A stretch of 64,000 nt of DNA from Glaucostegus cemiculus (Eukaryota), in the NCBI GenBank assembly GCA_976551045.1, contig CDPCPM010000052.1, positions 3,720,001-3,784,000 of the forward strand, written 5' to 3'. Made by a program: the position numbers and the translations under genes. Of this stretch, positions 40,081-54,300 are shown piece after piece. Numbering within the stretch: position 1 is the first letter of the stretch; each line of letters begins with the position of its first letter. Below the pieces are notes generated by a model, which made no database searches, was not told where the DNA came from, and worked only from the letters and a program-made list of their open reading frames with translations.

Positions 40081-43000
40081 TCTTAATTTTACAATGCGTA
40101 GACTGATGGCACAAAAGCAAACACAAACCAAGTTCCAACAAAAAGCAATGATACAAATGAGAATTGATCTGAATTGGTGAGGTTGGTTCAGAGGAAAGTT
40201 CTGGTCTTCCTAAAAAAATGTCTCTTCAGATTTTTACTCTTTACCTGAATCATGGTTTAATACTTCATGTCAATAATGATAACTGAGAATCTCTTTGGCA
40301 TTGGAGAAATACTGTATGCTTCCTTCAAAGTCCTGCTGTTGACAAATTCTATTGTTAATGAAGTTCTCATTGTTTGGTGGAGGTCGGAGAACTGGACACA
40401 CGGGGGAAGGACTCCTGGTGGAGAAACAAAATTAAATGTTTGTTTTAAGGGTTGGCTCACCAACCAGGTGAGAGAGTGAATTTGAGTGGTGGATAGGGGC
40501 AGGAGTGGTTGAGTCAAGAGGGTTTGAAAGGCCCAAGGGAGAATAATTCATTGCAATGTAATATAAAGTGGGATTTACTTGCAGTGGTTTCCTAATTTTA
40601 TGGCCTAATTTTCCTAGAACTTTATGGCCTGGGACCTCCATTGGAAACTCCTCTTTAACCAGTAATGAAATGAGCTTCACAAACATGGTGTAGGTTTGTT
40701 TCTGCATGAGAAGCCTATGTCATTTGCAAGTCATGCATGCATGATGGAAAAATCATAGAATTGGCAGACATATGTTATGCTTTGTTGTACACCATTATAT
40801 AGGTCCGGATTCCTCGGGTGTATGAAGGACTGACAAAGAAAACCATGATTCACACAGCAACTCTTGAATTTTCTATGAAGGACTCCATCATCTCATTCCC
40901 AGGACATTGTATCAGAATTTTTAGACCAATGCTGTTATTAACACAGAACTGCACAGACTGTTTGCCTAGATTATGAATTCAAATTCCAAAATTAACTTTA
41001 AACTTTCATTCTTCTGAAGCAAATAGTTGCAAATAGGACTTAAGTTATTAAGTCATTCATGTTATGCAAGCCCCAGCCCTTTGTCTCCCCTTTTCCTTCT
41101 CTCCTTCACCCACATCATTTTCCAAGAAGTCAGGTAATAAACTACTGGAAGAACTATGCAGTCACTTTAATTGAAAGAATTTCAGATACTTGAAGCTTCC
41201 TCCAATTTTTTTTACTCACAACCTCCCTGGTTACTGGAAAACTACTTCAGTAGCTATATAATAAGCAAAATGCCATTATTTTCAGTATACAAGAGAATTG
41301 TTCTTTTTCTCAGATAACTTCCAAATTAAACAATCCCATATACTGAACAGAGGTATACTCTCTCTACCACTTGATTTGATGTCTACCTTTAAGAGCAAAA
41401 GGGAAAACAAGGGCACTCACTGTCTACAAAGGACCCTGTCAGATCAGGTAGCTTCTTCCATGTGTCTTGAATTCGAGAGTGTCAAATACAAGAGGCTGAC
41501 AGTTGTGAAACAGTGCAGAGGGATAAGATAACTGAAACAAACATCTTGTACATCAGGCACACCAAAATTAATCACAGCCCTACTGAAATGCTGACATTTC
41601 TGGAAAGTGTCATTCGAAATGACAGCCCACTGGGAAATGTGATAATTGGTAAACAAGGTCTATCACCTATTCATGTGACCTTTTGTCCGAGTGGGCGCAC
41701 AGCCAGTGAACACTGGTCTGCAGACCACTGGCAGGCTTCAATGATCACAAACAGTGGCAAGGGAGAGTACCATTACCAGCCAATGCAATCTCATTATGGT
41801 TTATTAGGATTTTCTTTAGGTGATTCTTTATTCAGACCCCAGGCAAAGATGCAAATGTATTACTGAAAGCCCCTTAAAAAACACCCACAGGCTAGTCATT
41901 GGTATAGTGTGTGGGCCAGGTCTTTTCTCGTGGCCTAATTAGACATGTAGGGATTCAGATGACTAATGCAAAAACAGGTCAAGCAGCAACAAATGTCTGC
42001 ACGTATACTGGCCACAACCAGAGTTAATCGCATACTACGTGTGCACCAGTAGATGTACATCAGTTTGATTTTTTGGTACAATTAATCTTTGGCAGCTGGT
42101 TCAAGCATTGTGTTTTCCATTCCGTTTGGTTCAAGCTTTGGAAGTCACAAGCTCCAAGCTGGAGAAGGGAATCAAGCCAATAACACGAGGTGAGAGTCAG
42201 GAACATCACCTCATACTTTAATTAGACTGAGTTCCTCACTGTTAATTAGAACCCACACCTCCCAACACAACGGCCCTACATAGATAGTTGAATGACATAG
42301 ATCCTCAAAATACTCATGATATTGATTTTCAAATTTAAATTCACTTTTTAGAATACAGGTATCGCTTGGGGATTAACACCTGCTCTTTTACCATTTGGGT
42401 TACATTATTTTAATAAATTATCTACAGCACTAATGCACATTAAAGACATACGCTCCTTTGAACTTGAGACTAGGGGGAATATTTTTTCTATCTAATGTAT
42501 TCTAAATAATAGATATGGTTTTATAAAATTATATAGCCCTGGGTTATAATATCCCACTACCACGTTCTGATATAGAATCCTCTGCCAGTATTTAAATAAA
42601 ACATGGTAAAACAAAACCAAGAAAAAAAGGAATTATGGAACACAGCTCCCTGAAACAGCTGCATTCCTGTGTGTCAAACAATACTGTGTTCATCAAAAGT
42701 TGATAAAATTACTGTAAATAAATTATACTTAGTAGCCAATTCAGTGATTGTTGGAACATTGGAAAATTACTATTACAAATTATTACATCAAACTACATCT
42801 GAAATGAGCACTAAGTAAAATAGGAGGGGGAATTTTCATTCTGATTATTTTCAGGACAAGTCAACACATGTTGGAACTTGCTATGCTGCTTGACATCAGG
42901 CTCAAGAGGTACTGTACATTGTAACAATTCCTTGAGCAATCACATGTCATTTTCCCCAACAAGGTTTAAAGTTATAGTAATTTTGGAGTAAAACATTAAC

Positions 43001-44850
43001 TGAATTGGAGTTGTAAAGTTTAATTGCAAAATTAATCACTGTCGTTGAATTTCCCAACATTTCAACAGAACCTCCCTACTGTTAGATTGCATCTGATCAT
43101 TTGTATTAAAGAATTTAAAACTTATCACTTCAGAGATTAAACAAATCTCCCATGACATTGTCAGTGCATAGTCTAGGACCTAGAATACAGTTTCAAACAA
43201 CTGATAAACATTATTCACGAAACGTTACCTATTACATTATTTAGATTATCATACATTGCCACCCAACGTTCTAACTAAAATTCAAAGGGAAGACATTTAA
43301 TATATCTGTGAGCATAATAGCCATAATGCCACCAAAAAAAAAGGACATGTCCAGAACAGGAGCTTTAAGTTAGATAATCACTTTGGTCAGGGGAGGTAAT
43401 TTGTTGAGCTATGTTTGATTCCAAGAATTATGGATTTCAAAGCAGTAAGATGAAGGGAATTGGTAAGCTTGTACTGAACAGCACAAAAAGTACATTTGAG
43501 CTAATTGGTAGTGCCCCGCAAATATTGCAGCTTTTGATCTAACACTCATTCCTTTGGGCCTTCTGGATTAAATCAGCATGTTTTGAACTTTCTCTGAAAA
43601 TGCACAAGATTTGCTGATTATGGCCTTGTGGTCATGGGAATATGCCAGTAGTAGTGCACATGGTTCCTGCAACTTGTCTGGCTGTGTAACAAAGAATTGG
43701 TAGGGACTGTAAATATCTGGGGTGGAAAATAATACATTAACTCAGATTCAAAATGATTACATGGTACAAGTTGGGCAGAGATAAGAGAGCAACATTAAAT
43801 CATGATTGGTTTCAATGGTATGACAATTTAGATTGGAGTCTAGGAGCCTCAAAACAAGGGTTTGGGAAGTTGGATTCACTAAGCAATATGATACAAGGTA
43901 CTCTTAATGAAGAAACTAAAGTGAAAAGCTGTCTTGAGCAACTTGTTTTATTTCAAAGGCATGTTTAAAGCTAAGAAAAATTAAGGAAGAATTGCAGGCT
44001 TAATGCAGAGTCCTGAAGATTAACAACTAAAAGGTATTTACTGTCTTTTTAACCCAACATGAAAACTTCTGTTTTTGCAGCCAGAAACTATTACGCATTT
44101 TAATATATTACAATATTTTGTGCACTGTTTGCTAACTTAAACTTCTATCTGAACATCTGTGTAATATAATGTCTGGGCATGCATCCATGTTTTCCCACAC
44201 TAATTAACTATACATCAGCCAAAAATAAATGTCATATTCCTCACAGAGCACTGGCAACTGAGCGCAATAATGTGCTTCCAGTCATTTGCCTAAATCAGTA
44301 CAATATTTTCCTGAAGATGAAATCTGTAAAGCATTCATCCTAATGCCCCAACAACATGTAAAACACTTTTATACAGCAGCATGCTTCAATTCAATGAGAG
44401 TTTGGGGGTAAGATAATTTGAAACATTTTCCACAATAATTATAAAACATCATTGATCTTTTTCTTGCAGCAAATTATTGCATTCATTTCCAAAATATGCT
44501 AGGGGAGCAGTATTTTTTTCTCCCCCAAAGGAAAAACACGTGGTTTTCAGGGTCCTTCAGGGTCCTGCATTATTTGGTAGGTGATGTATGGGAAAACTTT
44601 CAAGGGAACGTCACTCCCACAGGCAAGCCTGCAATACCAGATATAACCAAGGATGGCAGTGTGATGGACGTTTTCAATTTTGAGGTTGAAACACCTTGCC
44701 TGGCAGAGATTCAACCAGGTGGTTTCACAAAGATTCAGCAGTCATCAAAATATATGGCCTAAAAATGAGTTGCAAATACTTCTTTAATAAATAACTTCAC
44801 ATGCATGTTTTTCAAAAGGCTAAGTATTTTTACATTTTTTCTCCCTTTCA

Positions 44851-45149
44851 CGGCATGGTAGTGTAGCAGTTAGCATAACACTTTACAGCGCCAGCAACCC
44901 AGGTTCAATTCCGGCTGCTGTCTGTAAGGAGTTTGTACATTCTCCCCGTGTCTGCATGGGTTTCCTCCAGGTGCTCTGGTTTTCTACAACATTCCAAAGA
45001 CGTATGTGTTAGGAAGTTGTAGGCATGCTCCGTTGGTGTCGGAAGTATGGCAACACTTGCAGGCTGCCCCCAGAACACTCTAAGCAAAAGATGCATTTCA
45101 CTGTGTGTTTCAATGTACATGTGACTAATAAAGACATTCTATCCTATCC
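44851..45149 (+). mobile_element. V-domain tRNA SINE with a non-CR1 (Rex1-like) tail
   Basis: Head and core nearly identical to the 39146-39394 copy (B box GGTTCAATTCC at 44902-44912). Distinct tail GATGCATTTCACTGTGTGTTTCAATGTACATGTGACTAATAAAG. Confidence 0.9.
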
Positions 45150-45399
45150 ATGGTCCCATTCATTTACATGTACCCTGGTTTGAGCACCCACGGTTTAGTA
45201 CATCATACTGTTGTTTCACCCTGTCCATGAGCAATCTACAGCACCTTCAGTACTTTAAGATCCACACACCAACTTAATTTGGGAAACAATTATTGTGATT
45301 TGGACAAGCCTATAAAGGAACCACTACTCTCTTCAGAAGAAAGTGAAGGGCCTCTGAATTGCTGCAGTTCATGGCGAATAAAAGAACTGCAATGAAGCC

Positions 45400-45680
45400 A
45401 TTCAGATACCAAGCAATCAGTCAGGAACATAATTATGTGAAACCTGGGTGTCTTGAGGTGCTCATCCGTCGACTGCCCCTGCTCTTCCAGGTGGTAGAGG
45501 TCATGAGTATAGAAAATGATGCTGGAGGAAGTTTGTGAGTGGCTACAATGTACTTCAATGCAACCATGCAATAGTCATAATAAAGGAAATGGATTAAGCT
45601 TGTGGATGAGTTATTAACCAAGGAGATTTGTCCAGGTAGTGTTGCAATTCTTGAATGCTGTTGCAGCTACACCCATTTGA
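45400..45680. mobile_element. Decayed CR1-clade LINE fragment (second family)
   Basis: GCCCCTGCTCTTCCAGGTGGTAGAGGTCATG..ATGATGCTG..GAAG and CTTGAATGCTGTTGCAGCTACACCCA, which I recognise as antisense RT-region text. Weak. Confidence 0.4.
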
Positions 45681-48600
45681 CATTAATGTAGAAGGGGTGA
45701 TGCAAACTCCAAACAATAAATGCCCAAGAATTCAGAAATACATACTAATTTTGTGACAAAATAGGTGATGGGACACTTGAGAACAGTGGATTCATATTCA
45801 AAATAAGCAAATATAACAGTTTAACTAAAAAGAATAGTGTTTCAGAGCTATAAGAAATGAAAACAAGTGAATGATCAGCAAGAAAAACATATTAGGGGGT
45901 TTTAAGGACCATAACCAGGCAGATAGAGTTAAATATCATACTCACTGTCCTGAAAAAAAATCAGAGACTCTAGAAATCAAATAAAGGTAACAATAAAAAC
46001 TTGGATGACCTTAACAATAAAACTGGGGTAAAAGAACTGGGCCATCCAATGAACAGGAGCAGAGAGTCAAAGAAAGCAATCACAGTCATCTCAAGAAAAA
46101 TACATGGGGATCTCCATAATAAATCAAGACTGGACAAACCCCCTAAAAGTTACTGGGGTGGCTGAAACCAGTTTCCAAAAAAGTACTTTTAAAATGCTGT
46201 CACTATACTAATGCAGGAAACTTTATACAAATCTACAACTCTGCAACAAATCACTTATGCAGAAATGCTGAAAAAGAATGAATCTGAATTTGTGTGTTAT
46301 TTACTAAACTTATTCCAATGTGTATAAATGTATTTAGTATCTTTCTTTATTGTTGTAATAATGAAAGAAGTTTGTTCAGATATTTAAACTGAAGATTTCA
46401 TTTGAGTGAATTATTAATAAATTTGACGAAAATCCACCTGCTGCTCCCAACATTACAGATCAATCCAATTAAAGCAAAACGTATTATAGTTACACTACAC
46501 CTAAACAAAAATTTTTAAGCAATAGTTATTCTTTCACATAACATACAAGTTTGAGTTTGTACAAGGGAAGAGTGAAATGGGAATCAATCTCTATATACGA
46601 ACTGTTTGAGAACTAATTTACCTGATGGTAGTAGTAAAGGATGTACCATCATTACTAATAACACTGTTTCTTTTTAGAAAACTCTTTCTAAGCATAACTG
46701 GCATTTTCTCATTTCAAACAGGACTCCAAATTAGAATCATGGCTAAGTTGACTGAGGAAGTCAATTTTCTGGGTGGTAGCACATAAGTAAAATTAACAGA
46801 GTCTGCCTTATAAGTTTCAGCAGCAGTAACTCTATCAAAGAAGGGGAAAGATAGGGACATGGGAGATGCCTGTTTTTACCACAGGCTGCAGCAGCAACAG
46901 TAAAATTATGTCCAGTTCACACACCTTAGCAAAAAAAAATCAGAACACAGAAAAAGAACAAGATCTTTAATTTTAGACTATCTAACTGAAATAATTTCCA
47001 GATAGGTCGATATTGTTTCCTCAATTAAATCTACAAAATGTATCATGATTCATTTTTCACCCCAGCAAAAAACAGAACATTTTATAAATAAAGAAAATAA
47101 GACATTGAAAAATCTTTAGTTTGACTGTTAATGAGCTTAATTGACCTTCTTGCAACAGTGAAACATTGACCTAGACAGCTCCCCAACACAAGGGTATTGC
47201 GAAAACAGTGGCACTGCAAAGTGTGATTTTTTTTCAAATTACGCCTTTCCAGTAGGTAGCCTGAGAAATCCAGTAAAGATTACTTGAGAGTTCCTGCCAA
47301 CTGCACTGGGAGTCAATGCAAGTGCATAAGAGCAAACTGCGTGGAAGCAGCTCGAGCATTCAAGAAAAAAAATCAAGATAATGCAACAAGGAGAAGAAAT
47401 CTTGAAGTGAGACTATATCAAAACACATTTTGTTTTATCTGAAAACAGGCCAACTCATCTAGTTGGTCAAAGTGACTGGTAAAGTAGTCCAATTCTTATT
47501 GCCTTTTAACTTAAAGATTACCATTAAGATGGATACACTGAGCAATCAAGAAGAGGTCAGCCTTCAAGCTCCCATTCTATTATCATTGTTCTCTCTTTCT
47601 TGATCACCTCTGGCACGTCTCATCAAGGTCATGTTCAGTCCAATGATAATTGGGTCTGCGTGCAGAAGAGTCAATGAAAGACCTTATGCTAAACCTCTGG
47701 AAAATTATTTTAAAATAGCATTAACTATCCTTCAATTTTGCATATTAACTTTTAAATAAATCTATAAATTAATTGGTAGTCAGTACTTAATTTCAATTGA
47801 ACATAAATGCCATCACCACTTGCCTGAGTGCAGAGAGTGAAACCTTATTACATGACTTCTCTATGTAATTCAAAGCATCAGACAGCTAAATGAAGCCCTC
47901 CTCTACTCCAGTCAATGTTTGAATAGTGACACGACAGCATCAGGTTCATACTCAATACCCTGCCAGTAATCAAACCAGGAAAAGTTAATTAGGCAGCAGG
48001 CTAATGAATTCAATGGCTCCAAGGCTGCATTTTACAATGACACACAATTTGAAAAAAATAACTGCTTTGTGGGCAAGTTTGAGATGCATGGGCTGAAATA
48101 TAACATAAACAAAACAAATAATGAATTTAGTGTACAAAAATATGAGGTTAGTTTTTGCAACCAGATTAGGTGGTTCAAATTGTTTTGCAGAATAATGCTT
48201 TGATGTGTGAGCTTTGATCCTCCTCATTCCCCAGGATTTAAATCACAATTTGTGCAGGCACATTTTAACTGTGACTTTGATTTGCTTACCTCCTTTTATT
48301 CTCTTCATACGAACTTCATGGCTATCCCTGCTCAGATACACAGACACAAGCAAAGACTAATTCTACTGATGCTGTAAAATGCCATATTCACAACTTGTAA
48401 AACAACTCGATAAGTGGCTCCGTAGAGTTGATGCTGTCTTGTATCTTTTCCTCAATGAAACTGATGTGAACTGCTTATTTTCTAAAGCACACTATAAGAT
48501 GACAGAAGCATTATGACTGCTCATATGTTCTGACTAACATTTGCCACAAGCTATATCTGTCAGCATTAAATAAAGCTGCATTATAAATGTAAACAAAACA

Positions 48601-50246
48601 CCCACATCTACAAAATGAGCTGTCCTCTATGGCTGTAGGCACAACCAAACCAGCTTATTGACTCAGCTTGCTCTTTTTATTTATTCCTGTACAAAGATGT
48701 GCATTTACTTTAACCCTGGAAGCTTACTTTGCTTAAAGGAAGTTGTTTGCTTCCTGCTGCATATTGAATGGACTAGTGATGACAAACATATACTCAAATG
48801 GGTATGCCATTAGAAAATCAAACACTCCAGAAACTACTGTCTGATTAATCAGACCTATAAAAGGTCTGAGATCTGAGATCAACAGAGATTTTGGGATTGG
48901 GATTTTTCTTGCCTTTTGTTTTTCTTGCCTTTTGTTTTAAAATGTAGCAATTAGTTGAAGCAAAAGGAAAACGGACACATCATCTAAATCTGAAATTATA
49001 AGAAGGATCATGACACTTGGTTTGGAACTTGTCCATAAAACTGCATGTTAATAGATTTTGCATGCAAAATATTTCTATGTTTTCCAAAAACACAAGGAAA
49101 TCAACAAAACATTCAATCTTCAGTTTTTCACATCATAACACACACTGAAATCAACCTATAATTTATCTCTTTTTGCATTCATCCATTCTTTTTAATTGCA
49201 AACACTGTCACTGTCTGTTCACCTCCCTAATCTTATTATGACAATCCATTCACATGCAACTGTACAGCACATCTAAGTAAAGCCCCAGAAGTTGGTGCTT
49301 GCTGTCAACCTAATACATATTTATCTATTACACTTCATGAAATATCTGACAGCCAGTGGAGATTGCAAATATTTGGGGAACGAGCATATACCAGACTGAC
49401 GTAAGAAGAAGTACACATTCTGTCCCAAATTACTTCAGACAAAAGGAACCAATACACATAATTCAAGATCCACTAGATGTTGTGAAAACAATATTCCTCC
49501 AATTTTCATGCTCAGTATTCATCCTGAGAGTTGTGTTGCTACATTTGACTCAGTTTGTAATTAATACCCAACTTTAAGGAACACGGGGCATCTCATACAA
49601 ATTAAAAGACCAGATATAGAAAAAAATAGTAGAAAATCAGATTTTTCATCATGAACCATTCTCTGTTTTCCCTTTCCACAGATGCTGCCCAATCTGTTGG
49701 CTATTTTCTGTATGTATGGAAGTAGATTCATAGATTCAGAGTTAAACAGCACAGAAGCAGACCCTTCGCCATATTGTCCTTGCTGACCAAAATGCTAATC
49801 TAATCACATTTGTCTGCCTTTGGGCTCCTATCCCCCTAAAGCTTTCCTATCCATGTCGCTGTCCAAAAGTTTTTAAATGTTGCCTCTACCACCACCCACT
49901 TTCCCTTTGTTACACCAAATAATAATTCATTAAATGTATTCTAGGCATACACAGAGCTTTGTACAAGCACAAATACAAATCTAAAACCAACAGGGAACAA
50001 CTTGTGCATTAGTAATTCACTTCTCCCTGAATATTCATTATACAAAATGTAACATTAACAGGCCATCCATTACTCTATATGGTCTGAATGAATCTGATTT
50101 TTATACAAAGAACATTCATATTGTTCCTTCAAAACTGTACCGCAATAGTTTATGTCAGCTTCAGCAATTTTTATGCTACTGTGTAAACACCTTCATAACC
50201 CATCTACTCACAAATACAGGTGATTGTAGATTCAGGATTATGGCTA

Positions 50247-50781
50247 AGACTCTAAACTAAATAGGCAGGTGTGGTGGAGTGAAGGAGGAGGAGGGAAAAT
50301 ATTCTGGTGAATATACATTGAGAAAGCTAAAGAGAAAAGACAGGGTGATAGCATAGGGTGGTACAATGAGTGATGATAACCAGTCTGTCAAGAAGGGTAA
50401 AAGTATACAAACACTGGCAGAGTGGAGAAGAAAGACAAAACTGAAGGCCTTTCATCTGAATGCAGGCAGCAAACTTAACAATTAATGGCACAATTATAAA
50501 TAACAGCACCTCATTATAGACATATGATTGTAAAGTGATCAAAGTTGGGAATTAAAATAATCTAGGATGCTTCCAGAAGAGACAGGCAAATGGATAATGA
50601 GGAGATGCAGTCTTAATAATAAAAAATGAGATAGAGAGAAAATCAAGAAGTAGAATTAGTCTGAGCAGACCTTAAACTAAATAGGCAGGTGTGGTGGAGT
50701 GTAAGTAAAGAAGGGGAAACATTCTGGTGAATATATATTGAGAAAGCTAAAGAGAAAAGACAGGGTGATAGCAAAGGGTGG
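50247..50781 (+). repeat. Direct repeat of ~115 bp at 420-bp offset (50247-50361 / 50667-50781)
   Basis: TAAACTAAATAGGCAGGTGTGGTGGAGTG...ATTCTGGTGAATATA.ATTGAGAAAGCTAAAGAGAAAAGACAGGGTGATAGCA.AGGGTGG occurs twice with about ten mismatches. Confidence 0.9.
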
Positions 50782-51009
50782 CAAAGAAACAGCAATGGCA
50801 CCAAACAGCAGTAGTAATGTAGGGTACAGTTTAAACCTTCAACTAGAGGTGCATGTTACAAAGCTAGTACAAGAAGGATTATAGATGCAGACTGGGTAAC
50901 CCAAATTAGCAGTAATATTGTGAAGAAGAACTCAAAGGATAAATACGAGATGGTTTTTTGATCAGTATGTCAAGCAAGCAATGATGAAATGAGCTATTTT
51001 AGAGGCAAT

Positions 51010-51370
51010 GTGAAAGGGTTAATTAATAATCTGATTAATAAGGAACCTCCAGGGAAGAATGATCATAATATGGTAGAATTCTATGCAGAGACTGGAAATG
51101 ATTATGCTCAATCTGAAGCCAAGGTATTAAATCTAAACAAAGCAAACTACAAATGTATGGAGGTGTAAGTTAGTTATGGTAGACCAAGGAAATACATTAA
51201 AAGGTATGACACTAAACAAACAATGGCTAACATTTAAAGAACACAAAGTTTACAAGTCGCATATAAATCTTTAAAGGCAAACAAGAAACAGGAAAAGTGG
51301 ACTAGCATTGGACATTGAGAGAACATTGGGAAAATATTTTTAATTTTGCCAAAAAGATAAGCAAGCCTAA
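51010..51370 (+). mobile_element. Decayed CR1-like ORF2 fragment (end of endonuclease)
   Basis: LINNLINKEPPGKNDHNMVEF..KVLNLNKANY, homologous to INDPVIRDPFGKSDHSMIE in the 58-kb copy. Confidence 0.7.
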
Positions 51371-54300
51371 GTTGTTCTTGAACCAGTGGTTCATGAAAAG
51401 AAATATGGTTAGTTCTGATAATTGGGCCTTGAGTGAGTGGTCATTTGTTATTGGAGCCTGGCAACCAAAACATCAGTGTGTGGAAATGAAGGTAGAAGAA
51501 GAGTTGTAGTTGGTACTGTTGGGGGAGGAAGAGAGACCAAGGGACAGCTGATAACTAACTAAATTTAAGAGGACCTACCCAGCACCAGGCTGTTGCAGAG
51601 TAAGCATCACTATTCAAATTTGGCTGAGCTGAGACTGTCCAAAGAGGATGCTCAGAATCACGTGAACTAATTTTTCCTGACAATACTTTAAACTGACGTT
51701 GTGTGGGAAACAGCATCGTTACATGCGAGCATGACACAGAAAACTGCTGATCCACGCTCGAGTGGTTTGTGAGAGCAAACCTGCAGTCAAATTTCCAGTT
51801 CAACCGGGAAACCACCATTACCTCGTTCCCCTCCAAGGAAAACTGATTTTCATATACATCGCACCAAAACAAAAATCATTGCACAATCTTATTTTTGGGC
51901 CAAGATTTCCCAAAGTGGTTTGATGAAAGTAACCCAGCCAAAAAAAAAACAATTAGTTCAATAACTATGGTATGTTTCATTGTGTAATACATTATACACA
52001 ATATTGGTGTGCATATGCAAGTGAGGATACTCGCCTCCTCAAATAGCTAAAGTATAATTTGTTGTAAACTGTAAAGACATCTTGTTTACATGTACATCTT
52101 TAGTAGTGGCATTCCCATTGAAATATCTTATTCCAGAAGTTTGGACTACATATAGTAGAGGAAATGTGTATGTGCTACACATGAAGATAGATTTACAATT
52201 CCATGTTTATAATATTATCAAATGATCTGGATTATTATGAAATATCATTAAAACAAGACAATTTTTAAAAAAAATTATACAGTCCTGAGCTCCTGATTTC
52301 AGTCACGTTGGTGCAGAGAAGCACTGAGCAAAAAGTAAGATGTCATTTTGTGGAGAAGAGGATCCCAATTTATTTTTGAGTTCCATCTCATTGTCAACTT
52401 GCAAACAGTTTTAAAAAAGGGGCTAGAGGCAGGGAAGCAATGGACAGTTCCCAATACAGCCTAAAAGGAACTCTGACAAGAAAAGTGATGATTTCAAATC
52501 AACCAAAAAAGAGTTAGCATATCTAGTTATCTATTGGCAATCAATGACAATTCAGTGGGTAAAGTCAATGATCATTTGCATCTGATGCCAAGTCTCTCTG
52601 GCCTGATAACCCTCAGCCTTGCAAGTCTACAAAAGGATCAGAGGAATCTCTAAGCAGCAGCTTTTAATCACCACTGAAGCAAACTCCTATTTTTAGATTG
52701 TTGTCCCCTGAACGTAAGTGAACCAATAAGATGCCTCCAGAAATCAAAAATAATGGAATTATTGACACACTAGTTTAATAAATTTACAATAATACATAGT
52801 ATTCACACCTCTGGATGTATCAAATACAACTCATACGGCAGTGTTTTACATTCTCAGTCAACGCAAGTATCACAAATAAAGTGGGACAAGTGCTGAAGAA
52901 AAATTCCTAAATTATTTTTTTTGCTATATATTTCTTGCTTCCTTTTACTAGTTTATCCCCCATGTTGTGTGCCAACCAAGTGGAGAAAGTAGCAGAAGCC
53001 ATGGTCTTAGACCTCTGCCAATGCAGATATGAAATCAACCACTGGGAGATGCCCAAGAGCAATCCAGAACGATTGCCATTCCTTCCAGGAATCTGTCTGA
53101 CCTCCACTGAGACAACAGCAGACTGGTAATTCAACACATCTGTGGACACAAACCAACATCATAGATTTCTGTGGTAACAATATGCTATAACATCATTCTA
53201 CCTCAATGTACTTTAATGATTGTGTGAAGAAACAATGCAGGCAATTATTGCATGAATAGATAAGGGGAAAACAATACGAAATTGTCTTTATTTTAAAATA
53301 AATTGTTTATACATCAAGGCTTTTGGAACTATTTCTTTTAAAGCAATCTGAAAAGTTGAATTGCAATAATATAAAATGTCTGAGACGGTGTGTAAATGGT
53401 TGCAATTTTTAAAAACTAAATTGAATGGTTGCAGAATTCACACCAGCTAAGTAAAAATTCTGCACAATTAATACAATGTACCTTATTCATTTCAACATTC
53501 ACCTTCTTCTACAAAAAAAACTGTTGTACTCATATAAATGAAGGCCAGCCACAAGGGAGTAAAGCACAGCTCTGTGCAGTTTTATAAAACACTACGAAAC
53601 CCCCTTTCTCCCAAACTACCATTATTACTTGAGCAAAACAAATATTCAACCCACAACCACTAAATCATTTCAATTCCTATTTCCAAGTATAATTTAATCT
53701 TCTTTTGTGACACTTGATGCTTACTTCATCATGGAGTAATGACAGATTAAAAAGTTGTTGAATTAAATATTGAAGAGGACTGCAGGCGGTTGTGCATTTT
53801 TAAAGAAATAACGCAGATTGAAGATGAAACAAGAAGCTAAAATGCCTGCTTCAAATCATACATGTGAAATATACTTGGAGCCCACCTACTGTACTTTAAA
53901 GTGGGACCTACTGTGATGTAACTGCTTATTATTTTGCTCATTAAAGTGCTCTAATGGCAATAATTAACAGGAGATTATCTTTTTGCACCAATTTTCTCTG
54001 TCTTCCTCACTCCTGAAGATATTATGGTTTGAATGCTCAGGCAGAGGAATACTGGACAGCCTTTCCTTCTCTAATGCCAAAGCTCTATCCCCAATGGTAC
54101 TACCCCTGCAGGCACTCTGGGTGAAATCAGTCAACACAGAACATAAAAGAGGTGAAATTGCTGACCTTCCTGAACTGTAATGCTCAGCTGTTCATGGAAT
54201 TAAGCTACTGGGTAATCAGCAAAGCAATAATATTTGTACATGGTCTTCTCCAATAGATCAGTAAGTTTACATGCCAAATCCAAGTCATACAGACAAGAAA

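Noticed and set aside
48839-48854. 16-bp palindrome GTCTGATTAATCAGAC (contains TGATTAAT on both strands)
   Set aside because: About one palindrome of this size is expected by chance in 64 kb of AT-rich DNA, and there is no other support.
48903-48938. 16-bp tandem duplication TTTTTCTTGCCTTTTG x2
   Set aside because: Ordinary replication slippage.
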